Notes under the pieces: generated by a model | Seen by the model: only the letters and a program-made list of their open reading frames with translations | The model's database searches: none | Told to the model about the DNA's origin: nothing | DNA from: a virus | Taxonomy: Duplodnaviria; Caudoviricetes | IMG/VR virus record: IMGVR_UViG_3300021387_001666 | Location: 32,001 to 96,000 of that record | DNA length: 64,000 nt | Reading direction: 5' to 3' (one strand) | Position numbers and translations under genes: made by a program | Part shown: positions 34,768-47,700 of the stretch, one piece after another | How positions within the stretch are numbered: position 1 is the first letter of the stretch | Layout: each line of letters opens with the position of its first letter

Positions 34768-37700
34768 TTAATAATTGGATGGAGTATCTTTGAATACTTG
34801 GAATATTGAATCATCTTCATCTAAGGTCTGAAGCCTTTCTATGTCCTTAGTAAAAGGGAACATATATTTTAGGAAATTCCTCCAATATCTATTTTTACCC
34901 TTATGTTTACCCGTCTTTATGGTACTATTTGGACCAATAAGGTCTCCATTGAAAGGTCCATAGAAGAAGGTATATAAAAGAGAATTAAGGGTGTTAACAC
35001 CAGCCATAGGTGAATTCAGCATGGTTAGAAGTGAAGACAATGCTTTTGGGTTTGGCATTGATGCCTCAGTTTCTAGTATCATACGTTTAGTCTGATAAAT
35101 CCACCAGCGTCTCCAAAACTCTTTTTTATGCTTATCGGGTTCACCTAGTGCAAAGGACAAACCTAACAATGCTATATACATCATCATTTCCTGATGTACT
35201 CTTTTCACATTATAGCGTTGCATTTCATCCAAATTACTCCATTGGCTTTGTGCTCTTAGCATAAAGGTCATATAATCACGCATAAACCAAGGAAGTGCCA
35301 TAGAAACACTTTCTCCAAGAGTTGTTCCAATTACTTTAGCTTTACCTAATAGATTCTCATCCCATTGTTCCTTGGTGTCCTCATTAAACAGATAATGAAA
35401 ATAACTTGTCCAATAACCCTCACGTTCCATCCCTAATGATGCATCAAAGTGACGCTTCCTGAATCTACGAGAATAATGCTCTATTGCCCATTGCCTAAAG
35501 TTCATAATTCCACGTCCCCACCAGTGTTGGTGGATTAATCCTTTATCTTCAGCATTCATTGCGCCGTGACAGGTCTGATTACAGTATCTAATCTTTTTTC
35601 TGATAGATTCTATATATTCAGATGTAACAGGGGAATTGTCAAGCATAGTTACCCCATTTTTTAAGCGCAACTCACTATTTCCATCCTGAGAATTAACCAC
35701 TTCAAAAGCGTCATATAGTGATATACGTTTACCATTTAAAAGCAGTTTAGTGTTATGTAGTATGCCATACATATTTACATAATGAATCAAGTATTCTCCA
35801 GAACTGTATCCTATAAAAGAACAATCATGGGAAACAAGTTGGCGAAACATACTTTTGTAATATTTGGTATGACTTTTATCACTAAAGTTTTCATTTAGCG
35901 GGTCAAACTTCTCTCTAAAAAGAGTTGCCTTATGACTCATGTTGTTTGTTAGTAACTCCATGATGTCACCTGCTACTCCAGAGGTTCCAAACAATTTAGA
36001 ATGTGCCCATGCGTAGTCTTTTAGGTTATAATATTCCCCAGCTCCTGCTTCTATAAGCATTTGAAATTCTCCAACCAAGAAGTTTGCTACTGCTCCAGGA
36101 ACATTGGTTACAAGGCCCTTAAATGAGGTATATGCTATAATTTTATCAAACAATCTTGTTAACAAATGCTCCTCATTAGGATTTCTTCTCTGTCCATAGA
36201 TATGCTGTGATATAAATCCATCAATTAATCCAGCAGTATTAGTGTTCTTGCCCCATTTAAACAAGTCCTTGAAGATTCTTATCTGTTTGTTTTCAATAAT
36301 ATCAGCCTTAGGTTCTTTATCTCTCGCAACCTGTCCTTTGGTAAAATCACCAATAAACTCTACTACCTGAGCAATGTTGCTCATAGCATCATAGTTTACA
36401 GCTGTACCAGCAAGAGCAGCAATACCAGAGGAGAAGTTTTTCAGGAGTTCATCCTGTTCTACTTTATTGACAAAGAAGATAGGTATCTGACGCAAGGGAG
36501 TGTTATCAAAAGCACCTTCAGTAATCAAGTACTCATCACCATCAATGATACCATTCATATTATAGTTGTCGTCATCTTCTCTTACTTTCCAAACATTCTC
36601 AAACTTGTTTCTGAGAGCCTTTGCTACATCCTTTACATCCTTAGCTTGTCCTAGAGCATCCAACATGTTTCTTCTGAGTTGGGGAGGGAGATATTGTTTC
36701 TGAGCATAAGCAGGAAGCAGAGAACCAATCTCACCTTTAAGCTGCATCATCTCATCATAATATTCCTGTTGTGCCTGTGTGAGTTGTTGGAATGGCTTTC
36801 TATACTGATGGTCTGGAACTCTCTCTGTTCTGCCATTAGTGTTATCCACTACTCTATCCTCAGTATTAGCATCTTCCCAATCCTCAATAGCCTGTTTTAA
36901 GTCAAAGCCTCTTAAGCCCTGTCTGTACAAGTCTTTAATATGAGCAGTTCGTGCTGCTTTGTAAAGTCCCCAATCAATGTCAGAAATAATATGTCCGTCA
37001 TCCTCATACATAAAAGATGAGTTACTTCCAGACTTATAGAGTTTATCAGTAGCCCTACGGATTCTGATGGACATATTATTCATAATACCATCCCTTGAGT
37101 CCTGGGCATTCCTGATGATAGTACCCATAGCAGCAATGATGGGATTAGAAGCCCTGCCTACACTATACAAGTAGTCAGAAATACTGCTGTCAGCAGCAGC
37201 CATTCTGATGACATTAATCATAGCCTGTCCATTAGGAGCAGTGCTACCCATGATTTGAGTCATCAGATTAATCATTGTAGATTCTGTGAGGTTGTCCAAA
37301 ACTCTTTCCTTTTTATCAAAGAACTCCTTAAGGTCTTTGGCAGACTGACGGATGTTATTTATATCAGTTTGACCAATAGACTCATCAATAGTCAGATGTT
37401 CATCAGCCAAGGCAGATACCAGAGGATAATATTGTTCCTTAAGAGACTTAATATCCTGAAGGACTCTTGCAGTCTCAAAAGCTTTCTCCAGCTCTGTGCC
37501 AGTCTGAGGAATATTGTTGAGCATATTGTCAATCTCAGAGATTTGAGTCTGGGCTTCATTTAGGAAGTTAAGTACACCAGAGTAATATTTTTTATTAGCC
37601 AGCTCTCTCATCAACTGATTCAGTACACCTTCCAGTCTCTTACCCTCAACATTATTACCAATCTGTTGTTCCAGCTGTCTGATTTGTCTCTGGAGAGTCA

Positions 37701-38700
37701 CTGCAGCATCTGCAGCAGCTTCAGAAAGAGTATTTATTTTATTACCAATGCGGTGAATCTCATTGATGTCAATCTTATACTTTTTGTTGAGTTGGTGTAG
37801 AACTTGTTTCACAGCTTCTTCAGGACTACTTTGAATTACCTGCTGTGACATTTGGTCAACCTGAGTTTTCAGAGCATTTAAGTCAATACCTCTATAATTC
37901 TTGCAATGATTGACAGCCCTTGCCAATAAAGTCTTCTGAGCATTATTATAACTGCCGGTGTTATGATTAATGTCATCCATAGCCTGAGCAGCAGCTTCTA
38001 TAGAACCAAAGCTGTTTATCAATCTTTGTACCTGAGGAGAATTAGCATCCATATTAAACAGTAGCATGGCATCCTTCTTATAGAGATAACCTATTGCTAC
38101 TCTCTGGAGATTCTGAAGTTGAGTTACCAATCCATTATTAGTTGGAGTAAAGGTACTTTTTAGTTCCTGAGGCATGTTTTCTATATCAATACCTACAGCA
38201 GCAAAAGCCTGTTTCTCTGCATCCCATATCTTTAGTTTTTCCTTAACACCCATAGCATAGGTATGAGTGCGTGAGTTCTTCTCAGCAGCAATGATATTAT
38301 AGATGTCACCATGCTGGACTACTGTAGCAGTAAGACCAGTATGAGCATCATTGAAAGCATCAGTCTTCTCAAGAGCTTGTTTACCATCAGTAAAGTCAAT
38401 TCTGTTACCATTATTATCAGTGATACCCCATGATATTTCCTCAGAGTTAAGACTACCTATCTCATTAAGCATAGTATAAACATCGAGGAACTTCATTACA
38501 TCAGCAGCATTATGTTCTCCCTGAGAGTTTCTCTGATAGCCAGCCTGATCCATTGCATCAGCAGCATTAGAGGCAATATAGGAAGCGTAGAGCATATTCA
38601 CCAAAGGTCTGCCTAACTTATTCTTCTCCAAGAGGTCTTTGTACATCTTGCTTGGCTTTCCATTGACCTCAGGATATAAAATACAACTATTTCTTGCCAT
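34768..38700 (-). CDS. Large virion protein co-transcribed with the RNAP
   Basis: 1310 aa, helical, N-terminal CILYPEVNGKPSKMYKDL, hydrophobic C-terminal segments; directly downstream of the RNAP gene. Confidence 0.6.
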   Translation of the reverse strand: MARNSCILYPEVNGKPSKMYKDLLEKNKLGRPLVNMLYASYIASNAADAMDQAGYQRNSQGEHNAADVMKFLDVYTMLNEIGSLNSEEISWGITDNNGNRIDFTDGKQALEKTDAFNDAHTGLTATVVQHGDIYNIIAAEKNSRTHTYAMGVKEKLKIWDAEKQAFAAVGIDIENMPQELKSTFTPTNNGLVTQLQNLQRVAIGYLYKKDAMLLFNMDANSPQVQRLINSFGSIEAAAQAMDDINHNTGSYNNAQKTLLARAVNHCKNYRGIDLNALKTQVDQMSQQVIQSSPEEAVKQVLHQLNKKYKIDINEIHRIGNKINTLSEAAADAAVTLQRQIRQLEQQIGNNVEGKRLEGVLNQLMRELANKKYYSGVLNFLNEAQTQISEIDNMLNNIPQTGTELEKAFETARVLQDIKSLKEQYYPLVSALADEHLTIDESIGQTDINNIRQSAKDLKEFFDKKERVLDNLTESTMINLMTQIMGSTAPNGQAMINVIRMAAADSSISDYLYSVGRASNPIIAAMGTIIRNAQDSRDGIMNNMSIRIRRATDKLYKSGSNSSFMYEDDGHIISDIDWGLYKAARTAHIKDLYRQGLRGFDLKQAIEDWEDANTEDRVVDNTNGRTERVPDHQYRKPFQQLTQAQQEYYDEMMQLKGEIGSLLPAYAQKQYLPPQLRRNMLDALGQAKDVKDVAKALRNKFENVWKVREDDDNYNMNGIIDGDEYLITEGAFDNTPLRQIPIFFVNKVEQDELLKNFSSGIAALAGTAVNYDAMSNIAQVVEFIGDFTKGQVARDKEPKADIIENKQIRIFKDLFKWGKNTNTAGLIDGFISQHIYGQRRNPNEEHLLTRLFDKIIAYTSFKGLVTNVPGAVANFLVGEFQMLIEAGAGEYYNLKDYAWAHSKLFGTSGVAGDIMELLTNNMSHKATLFREKFDPLNENFSDKSHTKYYKSMFRQLVSHDCSFIGYSSGEYLIHYVNMYGILHNTKLLLNGKRISLYDAFEVVNSQDGNSELRLKNGVTMLDNSPVTSEYIESIRKKIRYCNQTCHGAMNAEDKGLIHQHWWGRGIMNFRQWAIEHYSRRFRKRHFDASLGMEREGYWTSYFHYLFNEDTKEQWDENLLGKAKVIGTTLGESVSMALPWFMRDYMTFMLRAQSQWSNLDEMQRYNVKRVHQEMMMYIALLGLSFALGEPDKHKKEFWRRWWIYQTKRMILETEASMPNPKALSSLLTMLNSPMAGVNTLNSLLYTFFYGPFNGDLIGPNSTIKTGKHKGKNRYWRNFLKYMFPFTKDIERLQTLDEDDSIFQVFKDTPSNY

Positions 38701-38774
38701 ATACTATTATTTAAATGTTATCCTATTAAATCTGCAATATTATTGTAGCACACTGAACTAAAGGGAGGGAACCC

Positions 38775-41700
38775 TTAGCAGAGCTTTTTAAACTCTGCCA
38801 GGGCTTCCTCTTTAGTAAGGTTCAATCCTTTTTGCTTATAAACATTTACCAAGAATCCTGCATAAAGGTCAGGTTTTTCCTTCATCCTCTCTATTTGATT
38901 CAGAGCCTGAGTCTTATTGAACTTAGGATTCTGCTTCTGTATTAAATCAGCAAGTTCCGCAACCTGCTTGGTCTTCTCACTGTCAGTAGTAATGTCAGTG
39001 GTAGAAGTCTCCGCAGCTTCTGCCTCAGCAGGACTGATAGCCTGAAGTTCAGACTCCTGCATATCCTCTATGGTCTCCTTGGTCTCACTCATAGGTTTGG
39101 TGATGTCAGAAAGATTCATTTCCAGATATTCTGCATTATTACCTAAAGGCTTTACCATGACATAATTCACAGCAGTCTTGTCAGCAATAATCTGTTTCCA
39201 GAGATAAGTCTGGCCATTATGACGAGTCTTAATATAAGTACTACCTTTCAGGTCAGCCATATCCTTAGGGTCTCTTGCCACCAAAGTACCCCTCTTTAAA
39301 TCTACTGTATAATGAGTACCTTCACCGCCCTTCTTGGGAACCAGTTTGTTGTTATCCCAATTATTGCGAACCCACTGGTCTATTACCACATTAGGATTTA
39401 CACTGGGGAACATTCTATAGGTATCCACATAAGTAGCCTGAGAGCCATTACCAAGGTCAGTGGAGAGTCTTTCCTTAACATAAGCTGGAACTAAAGACAT
39501 AAAAGTCTTGGGACTAAAACCTATGCCAGCACGGAAGAAACAGTACTCAAAGAGCTGCTTGGAAAGTTCGGGATTATCCTTATGCAGGTCTATCCATGCA
39601 TTTCTGTACATCTCTTTCTGAGACTCATCAATACCAGTGATATTGATAGAGAGAAATGTTCTTCCAGTTCTCTTGGATACATTCTTCCTAATAGCGGAGA
39701 TTAAGGCATTGTCAGCATATTTCTCCTTGAATTTCTGGTCATTGAAATACTTGGGGAAGTTATCAATGAATCTCTTTAGATTAGCAGGATTCACCATACG
39801 GGATGCAATGAGTAGGTATGACTGATAGAAGTTGCTCAGATTGTCCAAGAGCTTCTTATCATTATATACCTTATCTGTTAATCCCTCAGGCAGAGTAGCC
39901 AGCAATTCTCTAAAACCAGTACTACCAGCAGGCATGTCACTGAACATTGCTTTGGCAATATCCACAGTACGAGAGAACTCTTTCAGTATAGGATGGTCAT
40001 AGAAGATGTCATCAATGTCTACAGGATTACCTTTAGAGTCATAGAAGTGAGTACCATCCTCAGAAGCAGCATCTGTGAATTGTTCCATCTTATGCTCCAT
40101 AATAAGGTTGTCAATGATAAGGGGCCCTACAGCACTTGAAACAGAATTGAACCTTGTGGCAAATGTAGGTTTACGTATGGCATCTACCAAAGACCTTATC
40201 TTTTGGAATGCCAGCAACACCTTATAATCAATAACCTCATGGTCTTCAGAAGTCAATCCTTCTACCAACTCCTCTCTTGACAGTGGTTCTGTATTGATGT
40301 TAGAACCGTCATCAATGTTATGCTTGTCACGTAGGTTTCCTATATGCTCCTCAATGATAGTAGAGAGAGGCTTATAATTAGTCAGATTCTCACGATTAAA
40401 TTCATTAAGTACTCTTTCGATTACCTCCTGAGACATGAAGAGAGATGCATCATTAGGTGCCATACCCAATCTAAGCAAAGTATTGAACACACCAGCAGTA
40501 GTGAGATTAATGTTCATCAGATTTAATACAGGAGTCTTGGCAGCATCAGCAGATGCTGACACACCAGCACCTATAGTCTTACCAATGAGATTACCTTCAT
40601 TGTCATGGCTCGGATCAACCTTCATCCTTCCACTAAACTCTGTATCAGCTATGATAAAAGGTTCATTGCCACAGATTTCATCAACAGCTACATAGTAGTC
40701 ATTGCTTTCCAGAGTAGCATGAGCCACCTTATTGACAGCAAATACACCAATCAGTGAGGCAGCAGCAGCATTTTGCTTGTAGAACTGAATCTGAGTGTCC
40801 AGCCAAGTTAAGTCTTTGTCAGTATAACTCAGTTTGTTCAATTCATCAATAGACATCTGCTGGAGCTGTTCCCAAGAGTAGTTATTAGCAGAATTCTTAT
40901 AGGCAGCCACCATGTAACCAGCTCTCTTGAATACATCAAAACCACCAGGGTTAAGAATTTTATCGGCAGTCATCTCATTGGTCAGTACAGCCCAAGTCAT
41001 ATCCACTATCTTATTGTCCCTATATTTCCTGCCAGAGGTAGGAGCATTAGTAGTATAAGCTACCTTCTGATACTGACTATAGAGCCATTGGGTGAAGGCA
41101 CTCTTGCTTCTCATAGTGTCAGGAGAGTCAAGGAATACCTCAATCTCACTGGCTATGTTGGCAGGAAGTTCCTTACCATTATGTTGCTTCTTGTAACTAT
41201 CCTCTACTATGTCAAAGAGTTCTTTGTGAATGATATGCTTGGGTTTTCTTACAATAGGAATATCCTTGCGCATCACATATCTCTTATCCACATCAAAGTC
41301 TGAATCATCAATCTCAGTCAGTTCATAGGGGAACATAATGGCATCACCAGCTTCCCTTGGCATGAAACCTACAGCCTTCATAGGAGCACAAGAGTATTTG
41401 TCCTCTGTCGGAATTCTGGAGGAAATCATCTTCAGGAGTTCAGGATCAGTAGCTTCCAGAGCCTCCATATTGATAGATCCGTTCTCATTGGAGAATTTCT
41501 CAAAGATTTCATTAGCCCACATGGGGATAAATACCTCAAAGTATGCAATACCAGCCTGATTCTGCTTGACATATTCCTCATAGGTCATATTGCCTGATGC
41601 AGTCTTTCTGTCATACCTTGCATTGAACTTATCAGTCTGAGACATCTCTTTTTTCAGAGGATTCTGCTCATACTCCTCACGGGTCATCAACAGTCCACCA

Positions 41701-44700
41701 TCCTTACTATTGAACCTGATATGCAGCTGACGTGAAGTACCAAAGTTAGTTACCTGAACTATAGGTCCTCCAGCAATCTTCTGTTTGTTTACACGGTTCT
41801 TAATAATAGAGTTGATAAGTTGCTCAATACGCTTTGCCTGAATAGGGTCTCCCTTTGGTATTCTGAACTCACCAGTCTCCTTATCAATGGAGCAGGCCTG
41901 AATAAGGTCTATGCCATATCGAGGGGAAGAGAGTATTTCCCTCTGAAGAATTTTAGATAGAGCAATATTGCGCTCCTTCTTATCTTCACTGTTGATGTGC
42001 AGCTCCTGAGACAGCTGATCAATACTTTCACGGATATTATCAGCAATGGTCTGTTCATACTCACGTCTGAATTCATTAGCCCTTACCTTCTTTTTAGTGC
42101 CGTCAGGTTCAGTCCATTCATAGAACACCTGATTGTCAGGATCATTGTGGTCTGCATTAGGATTTTTATAGAGGTCAAGGTCAGAAGGAATAATCATTCT
42201 TATCTGAGAGCCATGAGCCTGAGAGTGATTCTTGAAGTGTTCAGGAACCTCCTGCTGCAGACAGTAGTCCTCATATAGACCCTCATGCACATAAGTATCA
42301 GTAGCATACTCATTGGAAGGATTGCCTTGGTCATCCAATTTGTATACCATTCTCTTCATGTACTCATAAGCAGCTTCCTCACCACCTTCCATATCTAAGA
42401 AAGGATTGAGGTCTATAGGAGCCTGAAGGCCAGACTTAATGGCAGAATCAAACTGAATAGTGTCAATACCCTTAGTAGGATTTAATCTCTCACTATCTTC
42501 CATTACCCTGTAGATAGCTCTTAGGATATTAGGCTTGGAAGTCTTTTCACCTTGCAAAAGGGCATCAGCCATGATGAGCAGGTACTCAGAGTTCTTGGCT
42601 TGGAAAGGTACTGGCATCTGATGGATGGGAGCATTGTCTATACCCATATCATTCTGAAGATGAGTATATACAAAAGGTTTCAGAGGCTGGAAAGCCACTT
42701 CCAAGTCAGTGTAGTTATAGTCACCCTTTAGCAGTTTCTGATAGATGTCTTCTGCCTGTCTTGACCACTTACCAAAGATAAATGCTTTCTTTCTGTAGGA
42801 TGAAGGTGAGGAATATGCCTGTCCATCAGTCACATCAATCTTGGTATATCTGCCATTCTCACCTACAAGAGATTCCTTCAGTGCCTTGAGTTGAGCTTTC
42901 TGTCCTTCAGGAGCGGCAGCAATCTTACGGTCAAATACTTCTGCTATATTGGCAATGAGGTCAGTCTTGAATTTCTGCAAACCTTGAATAAGGACAGTGC
43001 GGTATTTTCCATCAGAAACCCTGTTGCCATTATAGTCAGTAGCAGCCACATTACCCCTGATACCAGGAGCATGTATCTGTGCTAAACGTTTCTGAAGGTC
43101 TTCTGCATCCTTATAGAAAGCAATGTCAGTAATTGTCAACTGGAGAATGTTCTTTGCAGCAAAGTTATCATTCCATAGGAAGTTCTCCAAGTTAGTCCTA
43201 ATCTGGGCATCCTCAGTACCAACACCTTCAATATTCTTAGCAGCTTCAATGATACCACTATTCTCCCATTGACTGAGGATAGTAGCTACCCTGTTCTCCA
43301 TATCCTGCCTGATAGCTTGATCAACCAAAGTAGAGAGCTTTGCCTCTTCTTCAGCAGTCAGAACCTCCAGACCATTGATCTTCTTCTGAAGCAATTTGGC
43401 CAATTCAGAGCTATTGTTCTTCTCCAAGAACTGATTAAGGAAAGGCAGGAAGTTGAACTTTCTACCATTAGTGTCAAAGTTGGCAATGAAATCAGCATCA
43501 CCCTTTGAGTGATTCCTCATGTTGACAGTTTGGATTCTGGAGAGTTCCTGATTGAATATCTGGTGCAGGCCATAGATGATTTCATCCTTATAGTTAGTAC
43601 CTCTGTAGGAATAGAACTTGATGAACTCAGAACTGGGTTTATTAGACATAATAGGCACCCTGAACCATGCAGGAACCAGAGCCTCCTTTTTCTGACCAGT
43701 CTCAGCAAAATATTCAGTAATGAGAGACAAGGTATATTCAGCATCACTCATGTTGCGCATATAGTTATGCTTGTTGAAGTTCAACTCTACCTTGTGGTCA
43801 AATACCTTACGGGCATTTTCATCAGTAGCCAGCAGTCTGAGCCATTCATTCCTCCATCCCTTGTTGATGTCCCACTGGTTCTTTGCAGACTTGAACCACT
43901 CAGTACTTCCATATTCCTGCATAATAAAGTCTTCAAACTCCTGACCTTCCAAACGGAACTTATTCATCAGTTTAGTCATAAAGGAAGGAGTAACATAGGA
44001 CTGATACATCTTACCTGAATCATAAAAAGCACTAACAGCAGTATCCTCCAGAGTATCTGTGATAGGAGTCAGGAAGTTACGCAGAGTTCCTGCTATACCA
44101 TTATCAGAGTTAAATGCAAATGGATTATAGATCTTTGCATTGGGAGTACCAGCATTCCTGAATTGTTCTTCTCTTGCTGCATCCAGAGACCTTACCATAA
44201 AGCCAAGGCTCTTAGTCATCTTAGAAAGATTCTCCTCATTTATAACATCAGAAAGCATTTCCTCAGTAACAGGATACCCTATCACCTTACATACTCCCAT
44301 GATATTGGCGGCAGCCTCCTTAGACATAGCATTATCCAACTGCTCGCCATGCTGTAATCTGTCCTGAATAGTATTCAAGGCAGTCAGAGCCTGATGGAGA
44401 TTAAAGGGAGACTTAGCATCTATAGTGTTGTCTGAACCCAAGAGTTTTCTGTTAATACCCTTGTCAGTAAACAAAGGATGCTCACCAATCTTAAATTGAG
44501 TGGTAATGGTCTGCATAGCTTCAGAGAGTGCAGGATGACTATTTACAGGGATGCTGTGATACTTACCATCTTCCAGTAATACCACAGAATAAGGCTGGAA
44601 GTGCTTGGAGAATACCCCAAAGAACTGGCTTTGGAAGTCTGTTTCTTTACCACTCTTGTCAGACAATCTCTCTATTAACTGGTTAAGCCAAGGATTCTGA

Positions 44701-47700
44701 GTAGCCTTTCCTTGCATCTTACCTATCATGTCTTCCAAGGTCAGAGAACCCTGAGTCCATCTAAGGATGCTATTCACAGCCTGACGGGGATTAATCCTTT
44801 CAGCAATGCCCCATTTACTCATCACCTTGTTACCCTCCTTATCCATCTGATAGCATTCATGCAATGCAAGCCTTACCATCTGAGACATGGAGTTTAATAC
44901 ATCGATAGTTCTTTGCTCCACCTGCCAATGCTCCTGCTCATCCTTTTCTGACTCTGCCATAGCATCAGGATCATTACTGTAGTCATTGAAGTTATCAAAG
45001 TCCACAGTAGAGTTCTGGGTAGTAGCAAAACCACCCTTGTCATAGTTACGCATAATGCCAAAGCCTTCAGTCATGGCAAAGGTATCAGTAGCAAGAGTCA
45101 TAATGGCATCCCAGTTATCAATAATAAGGTCTGCTTGGTCAATGGTATCAAAGTCCTCATAGTCATTTTGTTCAGGGTCAAACTGTTGCTTTGCCCTATG
45201 AATAAGGTTATTGATGCCAATAGCTTCTACAATCTCTTTGCGAGAAGCATTTTTAAAGTCCAAGTCTGTCTGGATATTTGGGAAGAATTTCTCAGCTGCC
45301 CCTTCTTCTTTTTGCAGGATGGTAATGGTATCACTGATGGAGTTAACCACTAGTTCAGCCACATGCCTTATTTCAGAAGCAGAGATAATATTGCTGTCTA
45401 GCAGATTGTTAATCTGCTGAGTCATCTTCTCAAACTCTGTGAGATTCTGTTCCACTTTTTCATTTGTCTTAGGTTCATCAGATAACAGGTTGAGCAAGTC
45501 CTCTTGGTTCTTAGCCTCAAGGATTCTTGTCATTCTGTCAAGGATGTCATTGTTTTTTTCTGGAGTCAGTTCAGTATTTATCTGACTGTCCAGCTCCTGA
45601 AGCATAGGAATCTTCCAAGAAGCATCTACAATAGTATCCTCAGTTTTGTCCATGAAGTACTCATAACTTGGAAGAGAGACTCTTTGAGGTTCTTCTGGAG
45701 CTTCCACAGGCAACAAAGCATTAGGATCGGGGAGATAACTTTTCTGATGCTCTACAGCTTCATTATACTGGTCTTTAGTAAAGTGCTTTTCAATAACCTC
45801 ACCTTTGGCAGCATCACCTATCACCATAAATACAACTTCAGGATTACCATGATTGGTAGCAATATTGTCATGGTCATACTTCATGTTGTAGTCCATAGAG
45901 GATGCAACCTTGGCTCCAAGTACCCTTTCATAGATTTCCTTTAGTGGCTGCTTGCTACTGTTATAGGTATCCAGATGTGTAGCCCCTTGCTCTATTAGAT
46001 AAGGAGCAACAGCACTAAGGAAGCCTTTATTTAGTTGCAGATTGAATAATGATACAAGATTACCATCAGGTTCAATAGCAAAACCACAAGTTCCGTCCTC
46101 ATTGAGGTAACATTTACAGTTACTATAGTCATCATGCAAATCTACGAGTTCTCCATTCTTAGTATAGAACTTGACTACTTCAAATATATCATGGAATAAT
46201 TGTGGGTCTACTTGCTCATGAATAGTAAATTTTGTACCAGTCTGGGAATGAGTTAATACCCTTGTGCCCAAGCTACTAAAGCCGCTCTGGGACTCCAGTT
46301 CTCTTTGTAGTAATTTTCCAAGACGTTCTGTGGCATCTTGTCCAATTCCTCCTTTTCCCACGGCTCCATTACTGCCTTTTCTAACTGCTTCTTGTACTCT
46401 TCTAAACTCATTGCTGTATTTAATTTGATTATTATTAGAACGATTATCTCCTTGGTTTATTGTATTAAAAGTATCATCATTCCAATGGTCAGTCCATTCT
46501 TTATTAAATTGGACATTAGAAGGAACTTCGCCAGCCTGTTTGAACATAGCAAGCATTTCCTCTCCCAAGTAACCATTTAGAGATAGTTTACCAAAAGGAT
46601 AATGAGATACCTTAAACTGCTTGTCAGGATTCTGACGAGCTGTCTCATACAGTTTCTGAATACCTTCTATTATCTGGTGAGGAGTCATTGACCTTTCAGC
46701 ATTCAAAGGGTGGCTCTGCATTTCAGAAAAAGAATGATTTTCATACCACTCCTTGACTTCCGTCTCTTCTTTAGGGCTAGGTCTGTACCACCTAGTGTTT
46801 TTAGCCTTGTCCAAGTTTTTAGTAGGGAGAGCATAGGCACTGCCCTGTAGCCCTTCTCCTTGACCTTGAATGGCTCCAAACTTAGATTTAGCTGTAGCTG
46901 CTGTCCCAGCACCATGAATGCCTTTTGGATTACTTCCAAACACAAAGACTGTATTAGCATCAGGAGTAATTAAACCCTCATAGGAAGCAGGAACTCCATT
47001 GTTATTTGAAATCTTACTCTCCGTACTGGTAGTATTTTGGGGAGCTAAAGGACTGCCTTCTGTCTTCACATTATTAGATATGATAGTGACAGTGTTAGTA
47101 GCTCTTGATACACCCACATATTCCAATTGCTGACGGACATTAGCAATATTAGGATTACTACCGGGGGTCTCTTCAGCAGGAACTGAGGACAAATCACCTA
47201 AGTCAACATCTTCAGAACTTCTTATTTCCATAGAAGCATCAGCAATAAGTCCTGCATCACCCAAGTCTACTACAGACATGGCATTGGCAGCATTATTTAA
47301 GGTGTTACTTGCCTTTGCCACATCAATGTCATCCATGAGGACATGAGTAAAAGTAGAACCTTGAGACTTGTGGATAGTCAGTGCATAGCCAAAATCAACA
47401 GTCTTAGGCTGGAGAAGATTATGAGTGGTAGGATCTTCAATGTTGTCATTGACAAAGAGGAATTGGTCAATAGAGTTAATCTGAGACAAGATATTACCCT
47501 TAGCTTCCCTGCCAACAGCACGTCTGTATTGTTCCCACAAAGTTTTCTTCTGAGTAGCCAACTGAAGAGCAGCTTGCCTATTCTCCTGATTGCCCTTAAT
47601 ATCCATATAATTAAAGGTATCAGTTTCACCAAGAGAGTTCTCCATAGTGATAGGAACATAAGTCATGGTAAATTCTTGACCATTCACTGAAATCCTAGAC

